Below, one piece after another: positions 28,407 through 32,000 of a stretch of 32,000 nucleotides of DNA (positions are counted from its first letter, which is position 1; the number at the start of each line of letters is the position of its first letter). The translations under genes and the position numbers were made by a program. The notes under the pieces are model-generated. The model did not search any database and was not told the origin of the DNA. It saw only the letters and a program-made list of their open reading frames with translations. The stretch is from Xylanibacter ruminicola 23. Its GTDB lineage: Bacteria; Bacteroidota; Bacteroidia; Bacteroidales; Bacteroidaceae. The stretch covers positions 3,300,001 to 3,332,000 of the forward strand of contig NC_014033.1 in the NCBI RefSeq assembly GCF_000025925.1, read 5' to 3'.

Positions 28407-31400
28407 GCGTCATACCAAAATGCTTTCGGAACTCAGTATAGAACTGTGAGCGCGTGTTGAAGCCCGTTTTATAGATGATTTCCTGAATAGTGGTATTAGT
28501 AGTGGTAAGCCATCTTGCGGCCACATTAATACGGTAGGTCTTGATATAATCCTTAGGTGTCGGCATATTGGCATCACTGAACTTCCTATAGAGATTGCGC
28601 GGACTGATACTCATCAGTTCCGCCAATGTCTCTGGGGTCAGCTCAGTATCGGTCAGATGCTCGTCAATCACCTTTGTCACCTCGTCGGCAAAGCTCTGGT
28701 GCTCCTTGCTAATCAGGTCGCCGCCAGCATACACATAGGCCGATGCTGCCGAATTATAGTATTCGCGCAGCACGTTGCGGTTCTCTAACAGTCGTACCAC
28801 GGTGGCCTGCAGCAGGTTGATGCTGAAGGGCTTGCTGATATACACGTCGGCACCGCTGTCTAATCCCTCTATACGCTCCTCTTCCGATGTCTTGGCCGAT
28901 AGGATAATCAGTGGTATGTGCATGGTGTGCTTGTTGCGCTTTACCTGTTGTGTAAAGTCCAGTCCGTCGGTACCAGGCATCATAATATCGGTAATAATCA
29001 GGTCGGGAGTTTCCTCTTTTAGGTAAGCCATGCCCTGTTCGGCATTCAAGGCTGCCAGCACACGGTAGTCCGACAAGCAGTCGGCCAGCAGGTCAAGCAT
29101 CTCCTGGTTGTCGTCAATCGTCAGGATGGTAGGTGTTCTGTCGCCTGCCATCTTGGGCAGTGGGCGTGCAGGTTTGGCTGTGCTTACTGCCTGTGGTACA
29201 GCCAGGGGCATGTTGTCGGTCTGCTTAGCCGATGTCACCACCTCGTCGCTCACCCCTTCGGGTAGCGGCTTTTCGGGCAGATACACATTAAACTGTGCAT
29301 ACTGGCCCACTTCGCTGTCAATCTCTATCCGTCCGCCTAACAGTTTGGCCATGTTATGACAGATGGCCATACCAATGCCATTACGCGAGGTCTGTCCGGC
29401 ATTCGGACTCTCCTCAACGCTGTCGAACACAGTGTAATAGTCAAAAATGCGTTCCCTGTCTTCAGGTGCGATACCACGTCCTGAGTTATAAACCGAGAAC
29501 AGCAATCCTCCCTCCTGTCGGGTAAGTTTTACTTTGATGGTGCCCTCGCTCTTGGTGTATTTAAAGGCGTTTGATATCAGGTTGCCTACGATGCTTCTCA
29601 GTGCCTTATCGTCAGATGTCCACACCAATCCCGGCTCAATGTCCTGTTCGTAGCTGATGCCACTGCGCTCGGCCATCTCGGTAAAGGCGTTGGCGTAGTC
29701 GCCCACCACTGCCGATACATCCACGCGTCGCCAACTAATCTCGTGGTGTCCTGTGGTTACACGGCGCAGGTCGATAACCTCCTGAATCAAACTGTTCAGT
29801 CGACCCAGGTTCTGCATCACCTTGCCCACGTATTTTCTCACAAACTCATCGGCCTTGGTGTAAGCCATAATGCGCTCGCATGGTCCGTAAATCAGGGTCA
29901 GAGGTGTGTTCAGTTCGTGTACCACATTGGTCAGGAACTTCAGTTTCTCCTCGTACAGCTCGTCCTGGTGCTGCTGTTGCAGTCGGGTTAGCTGCATCTG
30001 CTGGTGCAGCTTCTGGTCCTCGTACCAGTGACGCACATAGATGGCTATCAGGGCAATGGCCAGTAATATATAAATAAGGTAGGCCCAGATGGTGCGGTAA
30101 TAAGGTGGCTTGATGTCGATGTGCAGTTGCGATACGGCCGTTTCCTTACCGTTCATCATGTTCTTGGCCTTTACATACAGCGTGTGACTGCCCTCGGCCA
30201 TCTGGGTAAACGATATCACGTTGCTCGATCCGTTGTCAATCCATTCGCCATCGTCTGTCAGTCGGTACAGGTAATGGTAGAACGGCTCCTCCAGATAGTT
30301 AAAGGTGGCTAAGCTCACGGCAAAGGAGTTCTGCGTGTGGTCTAATGTCAACGTCAGGTTATCGCGCTCGCCCTGCATAAAGTCGTTGATGTTCTGCAGC
30401 TTACCCAAAATGTTGAGTGTGGTAAAACTAATGCGCAGTTCGTGTACCTGCTGCTGTACGGTGGTGTCGTTCACAATAGCCGTAAAGCCGTTGATACCGC
30501 CAAAAAACAGCTCCCTGCCATTGGCAAAGGCGGCACCATCGCAGTATTCGGTTACATCCAGTCCGCTGTTCATGCCATACACCTTCAGCACCGTGCCGTT
30601 GGGCGACAGTTCTACCAGTCCGCCGTTGGTGGTAGCCCATACTTCGTCTGCTGTACCTTTTGTAAAGGCATGTATGGTGTTGTTAGGCAGTCCGTTGGCT
30701 GTAGTCAGATGGTGACTCTTGCCTTGCTTGTTACGTATAAAAATGCCCATGCCCGTACCTATCCACAGGTTATCGCCCACGGCCTGCAGCGCAAACACAT
30801 CGTTAATGCTGGGGTCGTTGGTTGTCTGGCTGGGTGCCATATACTTCAGCTGTCCTTTCTCAAAGGTATAAAGTCCTTTTCCACGGTTTCCAAACCACCA
30901 GCGGCCCTGTTCGTCGCAGGTCAAACAGAAGAAGTAGTTCGACGAGCCTTTGCCGCCATCCAGCACATAGCGTTTCATGTTGGTTAGTCGTGGCTGTCCG
31001 TTTTCTACGCTGATATCGGCCTTTACTATACCCGATCCCAAGGTAGCCATCCACAGTTCGTTGCCTTTCTCGCGGATATCTATCACCTGCTGCAGGTGCA
31101 TTTCGGCTGGTACGGGTCGTATGCTCTTGGTGGCTTGCGAGTAATAGCAGATGCCATCGCCGCCACTAATCCAGAACCAGGGATGTTTGCTCTCGGCCAG
31201 TTTGTAAACCACATTGCTGCTCAGACCGCTGTTTTGCTCTCTGTACACCGTTTCGCCCAGCTGGTGTGGGTTCTGGTAGATGCTGAAGTTGGGTACCTGT
31301 ATCAGTCCGTCGCCCTTGGTGCCCACCCATAGGTTGCCCTCGCCATCTTTTAGCAGGGCACGGATGGGGAACGATTTGCCGGCACGTAGCGAGGTGCTTG

Positions 31401-32000
31401 CAAACGAGCGTAATGTCAGTGGCTCGTCGCTATACATCAGCACGCCGGCACCATCCGAGCCTATCCATACGATATCGCCTAAGCGGTCCTTGTGCATACA
31501 GAATACGCCTGTTTCTACCCCTAAGTCAATCACCTCGGCAGGTCGGCCTTTGGGACGGTTCACTTTAATCACACCACCTTCGCCAAAGCCAATCATCAGC
31601 GACTCCTTGTATTGCAGTACCTCGTTGACGAAACCTCGTCGACTGATTTCATGGGCCAGCGACATCTCGTGTTGCAGGGTGAGTGCCTCCATCTGGTAGC
31701 TGTATAGCTGTCCGTCGTTGGTAACCAGGTATTCTGTATCGCCATCGGGCATGGCCGATACCAGGTGCATGCGTTGCACCATTTTGGGCTTGCCAATGGA
31801 GTATTGGTTGTTGTTGGCGCTTAGCTGATAGCTCACAATGCCATCGCGGTTAAACAGGTAAAGAGCCTTACTCGATACGGCAAAGTCGCACACGTTGGCC
31901 AGTGTTACGCCTTTCAGGGGTAGGGCATGTATGCTGCCGTCGCGCTTGTCGATATAGTTCAGTTTGCCGTCGGTAAGCAGGAATCCGTCGCCTTGCGGAT
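28360..32000 (-). CDS. Hybrid two-component system (HTCS) sensor kinase/response regulator with an AraC-type HTH; the 5' end lies beyond the window
   Basis: The track start at 31893 is a GTG, but the frame stays open to position 32000 (upstream residues ...GFLLTDGKLNYIDKRDGSIHALPLKGVTLAN), so the gene is truncated by the window. Periplasmic propeller repeats are present (GNLWVGTKGDGL, NELWMATLGSGI, GRWWFGNRGKGL, DNLWIGTGMGIF). A TM helix, IWAYLIYILLAIALIAIYV, is encoded at about 30030-30095. The HisKA H-box is FLTNVVHELNTPL (about 29900). HATPase motifs are NLISNAFKYT, SGRGI and GIGMAICHNMAKLLGG. The receiver domain reads ILTIDDNQEML...DLIITDIMMPGTDG...ILSAK. The AraC HTH reads IQEIIYKTGFNTRSQFYTEFRKHFGMTPKEYR. 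Confidence 0.9.
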   Translation of the reverse strand, partial: PQGDGFLLTDGKLNYIDKRDGSIHALPLKGVTLANVCDFAVSSKALYLFNRDGIVSYQLSANNNQYSIGKPKMVQRMHLVSAMPDGDTEYLVTNDGQLYSYQMEALTLQHEMSLAHEISRRGFVNEVLQYKESLMIGFGEGGVIKVNRPKGRPAEVIDLGVETGVFCMHKDRLGDIVWIGSDGAGVLMYSDEPLTLRSFASTSLRAGKSFPIRALLKDGEGNLWVGTKGDGLIQVPNFSIYQNPHQLGETVYREQNSGLSSNVVYKLAESKHPWFWISGGDGICYYSQATKSIRPVPAEMHLQQVIDIREKGNELWMATLGSGIVKADISVENGQPRLTNMKRYVLDGGKGSSNYFFCLTCDEQGRWWFGNRGKGLYTFEKGQLKYMAPSQTTNDPSINDVFALQAVGDNLWIGTGMGIFIRNKQGKSHHLTTANGLPNNTIHAFTKGTADEVWATTNGGLVELSPNGTVLKVYGMNSGLDVTEYCDGAAFANGRELFFGGINGFTAIVNDTTVQQQVHELRISFTTLNILGKLQNINDFMQGERDNLTLTLDHTQNSFAVSLATFNYLEEPFYHYLYRLTDDGEWIDNGSSNVISFTQMAEGSHTLYVKAKNMMNGKETAVSQLHIDIKPPYYRTIWAYLIYILLAIALIAIYVRHWYEDQKLHQQMQLTRLQQQHQDELYEEKLKFLTNVVHELNTPLTLIYGPCERIMAYTKADEFVRKYVGKVMQNLGRLNSLIQEVIDLRRVTTGHHEISWRRVDVSAVVGDYANAFTEMAERSGISYEQDIEPGLVWTSDDKALRSIVGNLISNAFKYTKSEGTIKVKLTRQEGGLLFSVYNSGRGIAPEDRERIFDYYTVFDSVEESPNAGQTSRNGIGMAICHNMAKLLGGRIEIDSEVGQYAQFNVYLPEKPLPEGVSDEVVTSAKQTDNMPLAVPQAVSTAKPARPLPKMAGDRTPTILTIDDNQEMLDLLADCLSDYRVLAALNAEQGMAYLKEETPDLIITDIMMPGTDGLDFTQQVKRNKHTMHIPLIILSAKTSEEERIEGLDSGADVYISKPFSINLLQATVVRLLENRNVLREYYNSAASAYVYAGGDLISKEHQSFADEVTKVIDEHLTDTELTPETLAELMSISPRNLYRKFSDANMPTPKDYIKTYRINVAARWLTTTNTTIQEIIYKTGFNTRSQFYTEFRKHFGMTPKEYREQQLRAVHNH

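Overview
This looks like a Bacteroidota chromosome segment, probably Prevotellaceae-like. That call rests on SusC/SusD pairs, TAnnTTTG -7 promoter boxes, a T9SS-type C-terminal tail and a hybrid two-component regulator. All family calls come from motif recognition by eye; no database search was run.

The window is almost entirely polysaccharide-utilisation (PUL) genes in four blocks:
1. A SusC/SusD pair on the minus strand (434-5357). Its enzyme genes, if any, lie off the left edge.
2. An unusual gene (5654-7921, minus) for a lipoprotein-signal / TPR-like periplasmic domain / single TM helix / divergent PP2C (SpoIIE-type) phosphatase domain / acidic Pro-Glu tail. It is divergent from a GH5 + tri-modular carbohydrate-esterase operon (8109-12326), which is followed by a separately promoted SusC/SusD pair (12569-17413).
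3. A compact alpha-mannan-type PUL (17462-32000): GH125 (minus), then GH92, SusC, SusD, SusE-like and GH76 (plus), then a convergent HTCS sensor/regulator whose 5' end runs off the right edge.
4. AT-rich intergenic regions with recognisable Bacteroidetes -7 boxes, four hairpins read as terminators, one further stem-loop, and a cluster of TGTAACA repeats.

I saw no tRNA, rRNA, CRISPR array, transposase or integrase.

The most unusual element is the TPR-TM-PP2C protein, which sits between Sus loci that have no canonical regulator in the window. Other items worth a second look:
- an unassigned roughly 165-aa module in the GH5 enzyme;
- a shared promoter/leader signature on two of the susC-like genes;
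- an orphan promoter plus a strand-specific hairpin at the left edge (possible sRNA or leader);
- a 47-nt convergent overlap between the GH76 and HTCS genes.

Much of the window is ordinary PUL content.
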